DNA of 32,000 nucleotides from Halanaerobium saccharolyticum (GTDB lineage Bacteria > Bacillota > Halanaerobiia > Halanaerobiales > Halanaerobiaceae), in assembly GCF_003259895.1 (NCBI RefSeq), contig NZ_QLME01000002.1, positions 123,489 through 155,488 on the forward strand, in the 5' to 3' direction. Positions 1 through 8,868 of this stretch are shown piece after piece (the stretch's first letter is position 1; every line of letters starts with the position of its first letter). The position numbers and the translations under genes are program-made. The notes below the pieces were generated by a model. That model ran no database searches and was not told the DNA's origin. It worked only from the letters and a program-made list of their open reading frames with translations.

Positions 1-31
1 TTTTGGAGGAATTTACTTATTTTTACGTTTA

Positions 32-70
32 GGTACCTGGTACCAAAAACGATTTCGTGTACCTGGTACC
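32..70. repeat. Paired GTACC-N-GGTAC palindromic boxes, copy 1 of a dispersed intergenic repeat family
   Basis: GGTACCTGGTACC at 32-44 and GTACCTGGTACC at 59-70, separated by CAAAAACGATTTCGT. The same box-spacer-box layout recurs at 17735-17780 and 23269-23307, and a single box lies at 19148-19160. Confidence 0.8.
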
Positions 71-96
71 AATAAATTAAAGTGGGAGTGGATAGA

Positions 97-1368
97 ATGA
101 ACATTCTTCTCATCGGTAGTGGTGGAAGAGAAAATGTACTTGCCTGGAAATTGGCTCAGAGCAGTAGAGTAGGGGAATTATATATTGCAGTAGGGAATCC
201 GGGTACTGCAGAATATGGTCAAAATCTTGATTTTGATGAAAGTAATCAGGAGGCACTATTAGAATTTGCCTTGAAAGAAAAAATTGATATTACAGTAGTT
301 GGCCCTGAGGCACCTTTAGCAGCTGGAATTGTCGATCTATTTGAAAAACACGGGCTTAAAGTATTTGGTCCCAGACAGAGTGCTGCTAGGCTTGAGAGTT
401 CAAAAGCATTTTCCAAAGAGTTAATGCAGAAATACCAGATTCCAACTGCAGAATATGAGAGCTTTACAGAAGCAGCCAAAGCAGTAGAGTATCTAAAACA
501 AAAAGGAGCTCCAATTGTAGTTAAGGCCTCAGGCCTGGCAGCAGGTAAAGGTGTTATTGTTGCTCAGACAGAGGCGGAGGCAGTAGAAGCGGTTGAGATA
601 ATTATGAAGGATGAAAAATTTGGAGCAGCAGGAGCCAAAGTTGTGATTGAAGAATTTTTAGAAGGTGAAGAAGCAACCATTCTTGCTTTCTGTGATGGTC
701 AGACTATAGTGCCCATGATTGCCTCCCAGGATCACAAACCTGCCTATGATGGGGGCAAAGGGCCTAATACTGGTGGGATGGGAGCTTATGCACCGGCTCC
801 AGTTGTGACCGAGCAGATTAAGGCAGATTTTAAAACTGAAATTATGGAACCAACACTGCAGGCTCTGCAGAGTGAGGGTTTAGAATTTAAGGGTATTATC
901 TATTTTGGTTTGATGATTAAAGATGGAAAAGCTAAGGTTTTAGAATATAATGTACGCTTTGGGGATCCCGAAGCACAGGTAGTATTACCTTTATTAGAAA
1001 CAGATCTGGTAGATGTAATGGAAGCTGTAATTGAAGGGAATTTAGATCAGATTGAAATTAAATGGAAAGATAAAAAAGCTCTCTGTGTGGTAATGGCTTC
1101 TGGAGGTTATCCGGTAGACTACGAAAAGGGCAAAGAAATCACCGGAATTAAAGCAGCTGAGGCAGCTGCAGATATAATTGTTTTTCAGGCGGGAACCAGG
1201 TTAGAAAATGGAAAACTCCTGACAGATGGCGGTCGGGTCCTGGCAGTCACAGCAATGGGAGAGAGCTTTCAAGAAGTAATTGATAAGGCCTATACAGGAG
1301 TAGAAAAAATTGATTTTGAAGATTTTCAGATTAGAAATGATATAGGACAGAAAGCACTGAAAAAATAA
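97..1368 (+). CDS. purD: Phosphoribosylamine--glycine ligase (GAR synthetase)
   Basis: N-terminus MNILLIGSGGRENVLAWKL and an ATP-grasp body typical of PurD. GGGAG at 84-88 lies 8 nt upstream of the ATG at 97. The GTG at 82 in the ORF track is probably too far upstream. Confidence 0.95.
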   Translation: MNILLIGSGGRENVLAWKLAQSSRVGELYIAVGNPGTAEYGQNLDFDESNQEALLEFALKEKIDITVVGPEAPLAAGIVDLFEKHGLKVFGPRQSAARLESSKAFSKELMQKYQIPTAEYESFTEAAKAVEYLKQKGAPIVVKASGLAAGKGVIVAQTEAEAVEAVEIIMKDEKFGAAGAKVVIEEFLEGEEATILAFCDGQTIVPMIASQDHKPAYDGGKGPNTGGMGAYAPAPVVTEQIKADFKTEIMEPTLQALQSEGLEFKGIIYFGLMIKDGKAKVLEYNVRFGDPEAQVVLPLLETDLVDVMEAVIEGNLDQIEIKWKDKKALCVVMASGGYPVDYEKGKEITGIKAAEAAADIIVFQAGTRLENGKLLTDGGRVLAVTAMGESFQEVIDKAYTGVEKIDFEDFQIRNDIGQKALKK

Positions 1369-1389
1369 ATTTAACCGGGAGGTTATAAT

Positions 1390-2553
1390 TTGAAATTTAA
1401 AGATAAGACCAGACAGAAGCTTGGAATTATCGGTGGTGGTCAGCTGGGTAAGATGATGATTTTAGAAGCCAAAAAAATGGGCTTTTATGTTACAATTTTA
1501 GATCCGACAAAGTCATGTCCGGCAGACAGCATTGCTGATCAGCACCTTGTGGCTGATTTTGATGATAGAGAGGCAATTAGAAAACTTGCTCAAAAATCGG
1601 ATTTAATTACTTATGAGTTTGAACATATTGAGGTTGAAGTTTTAAAAGAATTAGAAGCTGAAGATTATAAGATTTATCCAACAGCTCACAGTCTGGAGAT
1701 TATTCAAAATAAATTTCATCAAAAAAACATCTTAATAGAAGAGCAGATTGCCGTTCCAGACTTTAAAAAGGTTACAGATTCAGCTGATATTAAAGAAGCT
1801 GCTCAAGAATTTGGCTATCCACTGATGTTAAAAAGCTGTACAGGAGGTTATGATGGTAAGGGGAATGTGTTAATTGACAGTCAGGCTGAGGTAGATAGAG
1901 CTTTTCAGGAACTGGGATCAAGTAAAGCACCACTGATGGTGGAAAAATATATTCCCTTTAAAAAAGAAATTTCAATTATTGCAGCCCGTGGATTAAGTAA
2001 AGAAATGAAAGTTTATCCAATCGGAGAAAACGATCATCGGGATAATATACTGTACGAAACAAAAGTTCCAGCTGAGATTTCTTCAGAATTAGAGAAAAAA
2101 GCGGAAGAATTTGCTAAAGAAGTACTTGAAGTTTTTGCAGGGATAGGAATTTTTTGTGTGGAAATGTTTGTAACAGAAGCTGATGAGCTTTTAGTCAACG
2201 AAATTGCACCCAGACCCCATAATTCAGGCCATTATACAATTGAAAGCTGTGTAACCTCTCAGTTTGAACAGCATGTGAGAGCAATTACAGCTCTGCCGCT
2301 GGGAGATACTACTCTGCTGAGACCAGCAGTAATGCGCAATATTCTGGGCAGTGGAGAAAAAGGAAAAGCCGAGATAATCGGACTTGATCCAGCACTTGCA
2401 GTAGAAGGAGTAAAAGTTCATATTTATCAGAAGCAGATTTCCAGACCCGGTCGTAAAATGGGGCATTTAACAGTTACGGCAGACAGTCTGGATAAAGCAG
2501 CTGAGAGAGCTTTAAAAGCCAGTCAGTTAATTGAAATTAAGGGTGAAGTTTAA
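1390..2553 (+). CDS. purK: N5-carboxyaminoimidazole ribonucleotide synthase
   Basis: LGIIGGGQLGKMM N-terminus and ATP-grasp fold. It sits directly upstream of purE. TTG start preceded by GGGAGG at 1377-1382. Confidence 0.93.
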   Translation: MKFKDKTRQKLGIIGGGQLGKMMILEAKKMGFYVTILDPTKSCPADSIADQHLVADFDDREAIRKLAQKSDLITYEFEHIEVEVLKELEAEDYKIYPTAHSLEIIQNKFHQKNILIEEQIAVPDFKKVTDSADIKEAAQEFGYPLMLKSCTGGYDGKGNVLIDSQAEVDRAFQELGSSKAPLMVEKYIPFKKEISIIAARGLSKEMKVYPIGENDHRDNILYETKVPAEISSELEKKAEEFAKEVLEVFAGIGIFCVEMFVTEADELLVNEIAPRPHNSGHYTIESCVTSQFEQHVRAITALPLGDTTLLRPAVMRNILGSGEKGKAEIIGLDPALAVEGVKVHIYQKQISRPGRKMGHLTVTADSLDKAAERALKASQLIEIKGEV

Positions 2554-2577
2554 ATAAAATTAGGGAGGTCAAATTTG

Positions 2578-3108
2578 ATGAAGCCTAAAGTAGGAATTAT
2601 TATGGGTAGTGATTCTGATCTGCCGGTAATGAAAGAGGCAGCAGAAATTTTAGATCAATTTGAGGTGGAATATGAGCTGACAGTTGTTTCAGCCCACAGG
2701 ACACCTGATAGACTATATAATTATGCGGAAACTGCAGAAGAAAAAGGCTTAGATGTGATTATAGCTGGAGCTGGAGGTGCAGCCCATCTTCCGGGTATGG
2801 TGGCAGCAGTGACAACTGTACCTGTAATTGGAGTTCCAGTTAAAACTTCAAAATTGAGTGGGCTTGATTCACTTTATTCCATAGTTCAGATGCCGCCTGG
2901 AGTTCCAGTGGCCACAGTTGCTATTAATGGGGCCAAAAATGCCGCTTTACTGGCAGTACAAATTTTAGCCCGCAGCGACGAAGAGTTAAATAAAAAACAG
3001 AAAGAATATCGTAGAGAAATGAAAGAAAAAGTACTGGCTGCAGCCGAAAAAGTAGAAGATATGGGATATGCAGAATACCTTGAGAGGAGCGAAAAATTTG
3101 CAGAATAG
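2578..3108 (+). CDS. purE: N5-CAIR mutase (class I PurE)
   Basis: [14 protein letters not shown] and [12 protein letters not shown] motifs. GGGAGG at 2563-2568. The start could be TTG 2575 or ATG 2578. Confidence 0.95.
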   Translation: MKPKVGIIMGSDSDLPVMKEAAEILDQFEVEYELTVVSAHRTPDRLYNYAETAEEKGLDVIIAGAGGAAHLPGMVAAVTTVPVIGVPVKTSKLSGLDSLYSIVQMPPGVPVATVAINGAKNAALLAVQILARSDEELNKKQKEYRREMKEKVLAAAEKVEDMGYAEYLERSEKFAE

Positions 3109-4510
3109 AGATATTTTTGCTAATATAAGTCCGCTTGATCACCGTTATTCAAGGAGAAAAAAGGATTTTGATGAGATTGGAAAATACCTTTCCGAAAATG
3201 CAACAATTACTTTTCAGGCAGAGGTAGAGCTGGCCTTAGTTAAGGTGCTGGCCAGAAGAGGAATGGCTCCAGAGCAGACTCCCGCTGAAGTTAAAAAAGC
3301 GATTGAAGAATTAACTACAGAAGAGGTTTACGAAGAAGAAGCGAAAACCAAACATAATATCAGAGCCTTAGTTAACTGTATTCAAAAAAAGGTCAGTAAA
3401 GAATGCCGCCCCTATATCCACTTCACAGCTACTTCTTATGATATTGTAGATACAGCCAATTCACTTCGCTATCAGAAGGCAGCTGCAGAATTAATTATAC
3501 CTAAATTAAAAGAATTACATAAAAGCTGGGCAGAGATTGCCCTGCGAGAAAAGGATAGAGTCCAGATTGGAAGAACCCACGGTCAGCATGCAGTACCGGT
3601 TACTTTTGGTTTCACTATCGCTGAATATGTAGCCCGTCTGGGAGAAAGAATAGAAGAAGTTGAAGCCAAAGCAGATAAACTTGTCGGTAAATTTGCAGGA
3701 GCAGTTGGAGCTTATAATGCCAGCGGTATCTTTTTTGAAGATCCGGAAGAGTTTGAAAAGGAAGTCCTGGCTGAACTGGGCTTAAAGCCAGGAGAGCATT
3801 CAACTCAGATAGTTCAGGCTGAGCCGATGACAGATTTTATTCACTCTCTTGTTTCAACCTTTGGTGTGCTGGCAGCCTTTGCTGATGATATGCGCCAGCT
3901 GCAGCGATCTGAAATTGCAGAAATTGGTGAGCATTTTGGCAAAGATCAGGTTGGTTCTTCAACCATGCCCCACAAGCGGAATCCGATTAACTACGAAAAT
4001 GTAAAAAGTTTATGGAAGGCTTTTATGCCTCAGATGACTACAGTTTATATGGACCAGTTATCTGAACACCAGCGGGACCTGACCAATTCAGCTTCTTCCC
4101 GCTTTATTCCGGAGCTGATAACTGCTTTACTTTCTGCAGCAGCCAGATTGACCAGAGTTAGTTCCAAGATGGCAGTAGATCAGGAAAATATTAAGAAAAA
4201 CTTTGAACAGAATAAAAAAATGATTGTAGCTGAACCTTTATATATTATCTTAGCAGCCGCCGGTCATCCAGATGCCCATGAGGCAGTACGGAAGCTGACC
4301 TTAAAAGCTCAGGAGACTGATCTTTCTTTAAAAGAACTGGTGGCTCAGAGCAGGGAGCTGCAGGGATACTGGGAAAACTTTGCCGAGCGTCAGAAAGAAT
4401 TAATTTTAAAACCGGAAAAGTATACAGGTATTGCCGCGGAGAAAACAGAGAAGATAGTTAAAAACTGGCAGCAAAAATTTGATTATGATCTCAAAACGGA
4501 GGTTTTATAA
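3098..4510 (+). CDS. purB: Adenylosuccinate lyase
   Basis: [10 protein letters not shown]-terminus and the fumarate-lyase signature [12 protein letters not shown] chose the TTG at 3098 (GAGAGGAG at 3082-3089), which overlaps the purE stop by 11 nt. The ATG at 3068 in the ORF track has no ribosome-binding site. Confidence 0.9.
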   Translation: MQNRDIFANISPLDHRYSRRKKDFDEIGKYLSENATITFQAEVELALVKVLARRGMAPEQTPAEVKKAIEELTTEEVYEEEAKTKHNIRALVNCIQKKVSKECRPYIHFTATSYDIVDTANSLRYQKAAAELIIPKLKELHKSWAEIALREKDRVQIGRTHGQHAVPVTFGFTIAEYVARLGERIEEVEAKADKLVGKFAGAVGAYNASGIFFEDPEEFEKEVLAELGLKPGEHSTQIVQAEPMTDFIHSLVSTFGVLAAFADDMRQLQRSEIAEIGEHFGKDQVGSSTMPHKRNPINYENVKSLWKAFMPQMTTVYMDQLSEHQRDLTNSASSRFIPELITALLSAAARLTRVSSKMAVDQENIKKNFEQNKKMIVAEPLYIILAAAGHPDAHEAVRKLTLKAQETDLSLKELVAQSRELQGYWENFAERQKELILKPEKYTGIAAEKTEKIVKNWQQKFDYDLKTEVL

Positions 4511-4513
4511 AAG

Positions 4514-5233
4514 ATGGAAAAAAAAGAAATGCTCTATGAGGGAAAGGCCAAGCAGATTTTTAGTACAGATCAGGATGATCAGGTAATTGTGCACTTTAAA
4601 GATGATGCAACTGCCTTTGACGGTCAAAAAAAAGGTCAGATTGCAGAAAAGGGTAAGATTAATAATAAAATCAGCAATTTCTTTTTTAAGCTTTTAGAAG
4701 CAAAGGGTATCAAAACTCATTTAATAGAGGAATTGAATGAGCGTGATTCTCTTGTTAAAAAAGTAGAGATAATACCGCTGGAAGTTGTAATGCGCAATGT
4801 TGCAGCCGGCAGTCTGGCCAAAAGAGTTGGGATGGAAGAAGGGACTCCGCTTGAGCAGCCGGTTATTGAATTTTACTATAAAGATGATGAACTGGGAGAC
4901 CCTCTAATCAATGTTTCTCATATTGAGCTTTTAGGACTGGCCGGCCGCGAAGAGCTGGAAAGACTGATTGCACTCGGTCATAAAATTAATGATATTTTAG
5001 TTAAATTTCTAAAAGAGCGGAATGTAGACCTTGTTGACTTTAAACTGGAGTTTGGAAAAACAGCAGAGGGAGAAATTATCCTTGCTGATGAAATTACTCC
5101 TGATACCTGCCGCTTCTGGGATAGTGAATCTAAAGAAAAACTGGATAAGGACCGTTTCCGCCGTGATCTTGGTGATGTTGAAGAAGCTTATCATGAAATG
5201 TATAAGCGGATTACCGGCCAGGACTGGAAATAA
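4514..5233 (+). CDS. purC: SAICAR synthetase
   Basis: LYEGKAKQIF N-terminus, typical length of 239 aa, and pur operon context. Confidence 0.95.
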   Translation: MEKKEMLYEGKAKQIFSTDQDDQVIVHFKDDATAFDGQKKGQIAEKGKINNKISNFFFKLLEAKGIKTHLIEELNERDSLVKKVEIIPLEVVMRNVAAGSLAKRVGMEEGTPLEQPVIEFYYKDDELGDPLINVSHIELLGLAGREELERLIALGHKINDILVKFLKERNVDLVDFKLEFGKTAEGEIILADEITPDTCRFWDSESKEKLDKDRFRRDLGDVEEAYHEMYKRITGQDWK

Positions 5234-5521
5234 GCTAATCAGCTAATAATTAATAAGGATTCTATTTTATTAAAACAGAATATATCTCTTTCCATAGTAA
5301 TTTTAAAATGAATCTAAAATTCTAATTTCGCCTTAAATTGGACTACCTTCCCGATCACAGCCTCCTGCTGTGCGGTCAGTTCAGGACTTCGTGTCCTTCA
5401 GTCCAATTTAATACTCATTATCATCAAGATTCATTATTTAAAATTCCTGGTCTTTCGATATACTCTGTTTAGAATAAAATAGATTTCATTTAATAATATT
5501 TATACCTGATTAGCTTATTCC
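5224..5521. repeat. ~300-nt long imperfect inverted repeat (MITE-like element or large structured RNA) with a GC-richer 55-nt core
   Basis: The left arm 5224-5343 is complementary to the right arm 5399-5521. Termini are CTGGAAATAAGCTAATCAG and CCTGATTAGCTTATTCC. Internal matched blocks include TCTATTTTATT, AAACAGA(A/G)TATATC, AATTTTAAA..ATGAATCT and TTAAATTGGACT. The core 5344-5398 carries two small hairpins: CACAGC-ctcct-GCTGTG and AGGAC-ttcgt-GTCCT. Confidence 0.65.
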
Positions 5522-5725
5522 ATCCTGTCCGGATGGGTTAGAAGGATAACTATCACAAGAATTAAGTTGAATTAGAATAAAACTATAGAGTCGTTAAATA
5601 TATATTTCTTTAAAAAATAAATATAAGCATAACTTTATAGAAGCTTATTTCCAGCCTGGCGGTAGTTGGATCAGGGAGCAAAATTGATTTTAAATTATTT
5701 TTTAGTATTAAAGGGAGGAAAATTA

Positions 5726-7201
5726 ATGAGAGAAAGCTGTAATTTCTCTAAAGAAGCAAATAAAGTTCAGCCGGGTTCAAATGAGGTAGAGTTAACTCAG
5801 GCTGAGCTAAATGAAGATAAAATGAGCGAAGAATGTGGAGTTTTTGGCATTTTTAATGCTGATGGTGAAAGCAGTGCGGCAGAACTAACCTATCTGGGGC
5901 TGATTGCCCTGCAGCATAGAGGCCAGGAAAGCGCAGGTATTTGTGCCAATTATCAGGGAGAATTCAATCTGCATAAGAGTATGGGGCTGGTAGAGAGTGC
6001 TTTTGAAAAAGAAGATATTCGGAATTTAAAAGGTGAGATGGCAATCGGCCATGTCCGTTATTCTACCAGTGGTTCCAGCAAGCTTGCCAATGCCCAGCCA
6101 ATTTTAATCAACAGTATGAAAGGTGATCTGGCTCTGGCCCATAATGGTAATCTGGCCAATGGAGCAGAACTCAGAAACAATTTAGAAAGCAATGGTTCGA
6201 TTTTTCATTCTACTTTAGATACTGAGGTTATTGCTCACCTGGTAGCCCGATCCTTTGAAGATGATATTGTAGAAGCTTTAATCCAGAGCCTACATCAGTT
6301 AAAAGGTGGATTTTCGCTGGTGGCAATGACCAAAGATGAGCTGGTTGCTATTCGGGATCCTCGCGGTTTTAGACCACTTTCGATTGGGAAATTGGATAAC
6401 AGCTACATTGTGGCCTCAGAAAGCTGTGCATTTGATATTATTGGAGCTGAATTTGTGCGGGATGTTAACCCTGGTGAGGTTGTTGTAATTGATGAAGATG
6501 GAATTAACAGCAGGCGCTATACAGGTGAAAATGAGACCAGTCTCTGTGTTTTTGAATATATATATTTTGCCCGTCCTGACAGTAATATTTCCGGCCAGAA
6601 TGTACTGCTGGCCCGCAAAGAAATGGGGAAACAGCTGGCCCGGGAGATGGATGTTGAAGCTGATATTGTGGTGCCTGTACCTGATTCGGGAATTGCAGCA
6701 GCCTTAGGTTTTGCCGAAGAATCTGGAATCCCCTATGCTCAGGGTATTTTAAGGAACCGATATATGGGGAGGACTTTTATTCAGCCGACTCAGGAGATTA
6801 GAGATTTAAAAGTCAGATTAAAACTATCACCAATTAAAGAAATTATTAAAGATAAAAAAGTGATTTTAATAGATGATTCAATTGTCAGAGGGACAACCAG
6901 CAAGCAGATTATTGGGCGGATCAAAGAAGCGGGAGCCAAAGAAGTGCATATGGCTATTTCTTCACCACCTGTTGAACATCCCTGCTATTTTGGACTTGAT
7001 ACCTCACGCCGTCAGGAACTTATTGCCAGCAGTAATTCTGTAGAGGAAATAAGTGAACGCATCGGAGCTGACAGCCTTCATTACTTGAGCAAGCAGGGGA
7101 TGCTCCAATCAATTAAGACTGAAGTGGAGCTCGGATTCTGTACAGCCTGTTTTGATGGAGATTATCCGATAGACAGCCGCTACTTAAGTGAGGAGGAATA
7201 A
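5726..7201 (+). CDS. purF: Amidophosphoribosyltransferase
   Basis: Catalytic-Cys motif CGVFGIF (Cys codon at 5834-5836) and PRTase motif VILIDDSIVRGTT. AGGGAGG at 5712-5718 precedes the ATG at 5726. The start at 5666 in the ORF track has no ribosome-binding site. Confidence 0.92.
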   Translation: MRESCNFSKEANKVQPGSNEVELTQAELNEDKMSEECGVFGIFNADGESSAAELTYLGLIALQHRGQESAGICANYQGEFNLHKSMGLVESAFEKEDIRNLKGEMAIGHVRYSTSGSSKLANAQPILINSMKGDLALAHNGNLANGAELRNNLESNGSIFHSTLDTEVIAHLVARSFEDDIVEALIQSLHQLKGGFSLVAMTKDELVAIRDPRGFRPLSIGKLDNSYIVASESCAFDIIGAEFVRDVNPGEVVVIDEDGINSRRYTGENETSLCVFEYIYFARPDSNISGQNVLLARKEMGKQLAREMDVEADIVVPVPDSGIAAALGFAEESGIPYAQGILRNRYMGRTFIQPTQEIRDLKVRLKLSPIKEIIKDKKVILIDDSIVRGTTSKQIIGRIKEAGAKEVHMAISSPPVEHPCYFGLDTSRRQELIASSNSVEEISERIGADSLHYLSKQGMLQSIKTEVELGFCTACFDGDYPIDSRYLSEEE

Positions 7202-7203
7202 CT

Positions 7204-8238
7204 GTGGGACTAGATTACAAAAAAGCCGGAGTCGATATTGATGCCGGCAATCAGGCAGTTGAACTGATTAAAAATGATGTGCAGTCTACTTTTGGTCCGG
7301 AAGTAATGACCGGACTGGGTGGTTTTGGTGGTCTTTTTAAGCCTGACTTAAGCAATTATCAGAATCCGGTTTTAGTTTCAGGTACAGATGGAGTTGGAAC
7401 AAAACTCAAACTTGCCTTTAAACTGGATCTTCACAATACAATTGGCATTGATTTAGTTGCCATGTCAGTAAATGATATATTAGCTCAGGGAGCACAACCC
7501 TTGTTTTTTCTTGACTATCTGGCAGCTGGAAAACTGGAGCCGGAAAAAACAGCGGAGATTGTAAAAGGAATCGCTGCCGGCTGTAAACAGGCTGGAGCAG
7601 CTTTAATTGGTGGAGAGACTGCAGAAATGGCAGGTTTTTATCAGCCGGGAGAATATGATCTGGCGGGTTTTGCAGTTGGTATTGTGGATCAGGATCAAAT
7701 TATCACCGGAGCTGAGATTAAAGAAGGCGACTTAGTTATTGGACTTAAATCAGATGGTCTGCACAGCAATGGTTTTACCCTGGCTCGAGCAGCACTTTTT
7801 GATAAAGCAGGTTTTGACTACACTGCAGAAGTTAAAGGGCTGGAAAAGAATCTAGGAGAAGAACTGCTCCGCCCAACCAAAATTTATGTAAAAACTGTGC
7901 TGTCTCTGCTTGAAAAATATGAAATCAAAGGAATTGCCCATATCACCGGTGGTGGTTTAATAGAAAACTTACCTCGCATTCTGCCAGAAGGTTTAAAAGC
8001 TGAAATCAAAAAAGACAGCTGGCAGCCACAGCAAATCTTTGAGCTGATTCAGGAAGCAGGAGAGATTGCAGAAAAAGAAATGTACAGAACCTTTAATATG
8101 GGAATCGGAATGACCTTAGTCATAGATAAAGCTGATAAAGATGAAATACTTAAAGAACTTGAGAAAATGGGAGAAAAAGCCTGCCTGATTGGTGAAATAA
8201 AAGCAGGAGCTGCAGACACATCTCTCGAAATAAAATAA
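7204..8238 (+). CDS. purM: AIR synthetase (phosphoribosylformylglycinamidine cyclo-ligase)
   Basis: YKKAGVDIDAGN N-terminus and a GTDGVGTKLK motif. GTG start 3 nt after the purF stop. Confidence 0.95.
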   Translation: MGLDYKKAGVDIDAGNQAVELIKNDVQSTFGPEVMTGLGGFGGLFKPDLSNYQNPVLVSGTDGVGTKLKLAFKLDLHNTIGIDLVAMSVNDILAQGAQPLFFLDYLAAGKLEPEKTAEIVKGIAAGCKQAGAALIGGETAEMAGFYQPGEYDLAGFAVGIVDQDQIITGAEIKEGDLVIGLKSDGLHSNGFTLARAALFDKAGFDYTAEVKGLEKNLGEELLRPTKIYVKTVLSLLEKYEIKGIAHITGGGLIENLPRILPEGLKAEIKKDSWQPQQIFELIQEAGEIAEKEMYRTFNMGIGMTLVIDKADKDEILKELEKMGEKACLIGEIKAGAADTSLEIK

Positions 8239-8251
8239 AGAAGGTGTAAAA

Positions 8252-8866
8252 ATGCTTAAAATAGCTGTTTTTGCCTCAGGCAGAGGCTCAAATTTTCAAT
8301 CTATTATTGACAATATAAAAAGTGGAGCCATTCCGGCAGTAATAAAACTTTTAATCAGTGATACTCAGGATGCTGGTGCTTTAAAAAGAGCAGAACACGA
8401 AGATATAGAGCACCTGTTTATTAATCCAGATCATTTTGAAACAAAAGCTGATTACGAAGAAGAACTGATTGGACTTCTAAAAAATGCCGGAGTTGAACTT
8501 GTAGTTCTGGCAGGGTATATGCGGATCTTATCACCACTTTTTGTGCAAGAATTTAAAAATCAGATTATCAATATTCATCCTTCACTCTTACCTGCTTTTA
8601 AAGGCTTAGATGCTCAAAAACAGGCTGTAGATTATGGGGTTAAATACAGCGGCTGCACCGTTCATTTTGTGGATCAAGGTATGGATACCGGTCCAATTAT
8701 CAAACAGGCAGTGGTGGAAGTTAAAGCAGATGACACCGCTGATGATCTGGCAGCCAGAATTTTAAAAAAAGAACATAAAATTTATCCTGAGGCAGTCAAA
8801 CTAATTGCAGAAGGTAGAATTAAGATTGAAGGACGGAAAGTTAAAATTCTAAAGGAGGAAAAATAA
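8252..8866 (+). CDS. purN: GAR formyltransferase
   Basis: FASGRGSNFQ and NIHPSLLPAFKG motifs. Confidence 0.95.
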   Translation: MLKIAVFASGRGSNFQSIIDNIKSGAIPAVIKLLISDTQDAGALKRAEHEDIEHLFINPDHFETKADYEEELIGLLKNAGVELVVLAGYMRILSPLFVQEFKNQIINIHPSLLPAFKGLDAQKQAVDYGVKYSGCTVHFVDQGMDTGPIIKQAVVEVKADDTADDLAARILKKEHKIYPEAVKLIAEGRIKIEGRKVKILKEEK

Positions 8867-8868
8867 CT

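Noticed and set aside
246-479. Short antisense or out-of-frame ORFs nested in well-supported genes. Besides this one they are 2224-2466, 2924-3142, 3615-3803, 5009-5194, 5031-5246, 6489-6707, 9368-9592, 11365-11619, 12998-13183, 15342-15548, 19619-19822, 22300-22536 and 22625-22816.
   Set aside because: All lie entirely within strongly supported conserved genes. They lack ribosome-binding sites and have non-protein-like composition.
5249-5260. Shared 12-mer ATTAATAAGGAT between the purC-purF element and the purH terminator (10522-10533)
   Set aside because: A single 12-mer match in 32 kb of AT-rich DNA is within chance expectation, and the surrounding sequences do not align.
5522-5725. Possible purine, ZTP or PRPP riboswitch or PurBox upstream of purF
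   Set aside because: CCTGGCGG at 5654-5661 superficially recalls the ZTP ACUGGCG core. However, there is no downstream CCGCCUGGG pseudoknot partner. No purine-riboswitch junction sequences and no AWWWCCGAACWWT PurBox are visible either.
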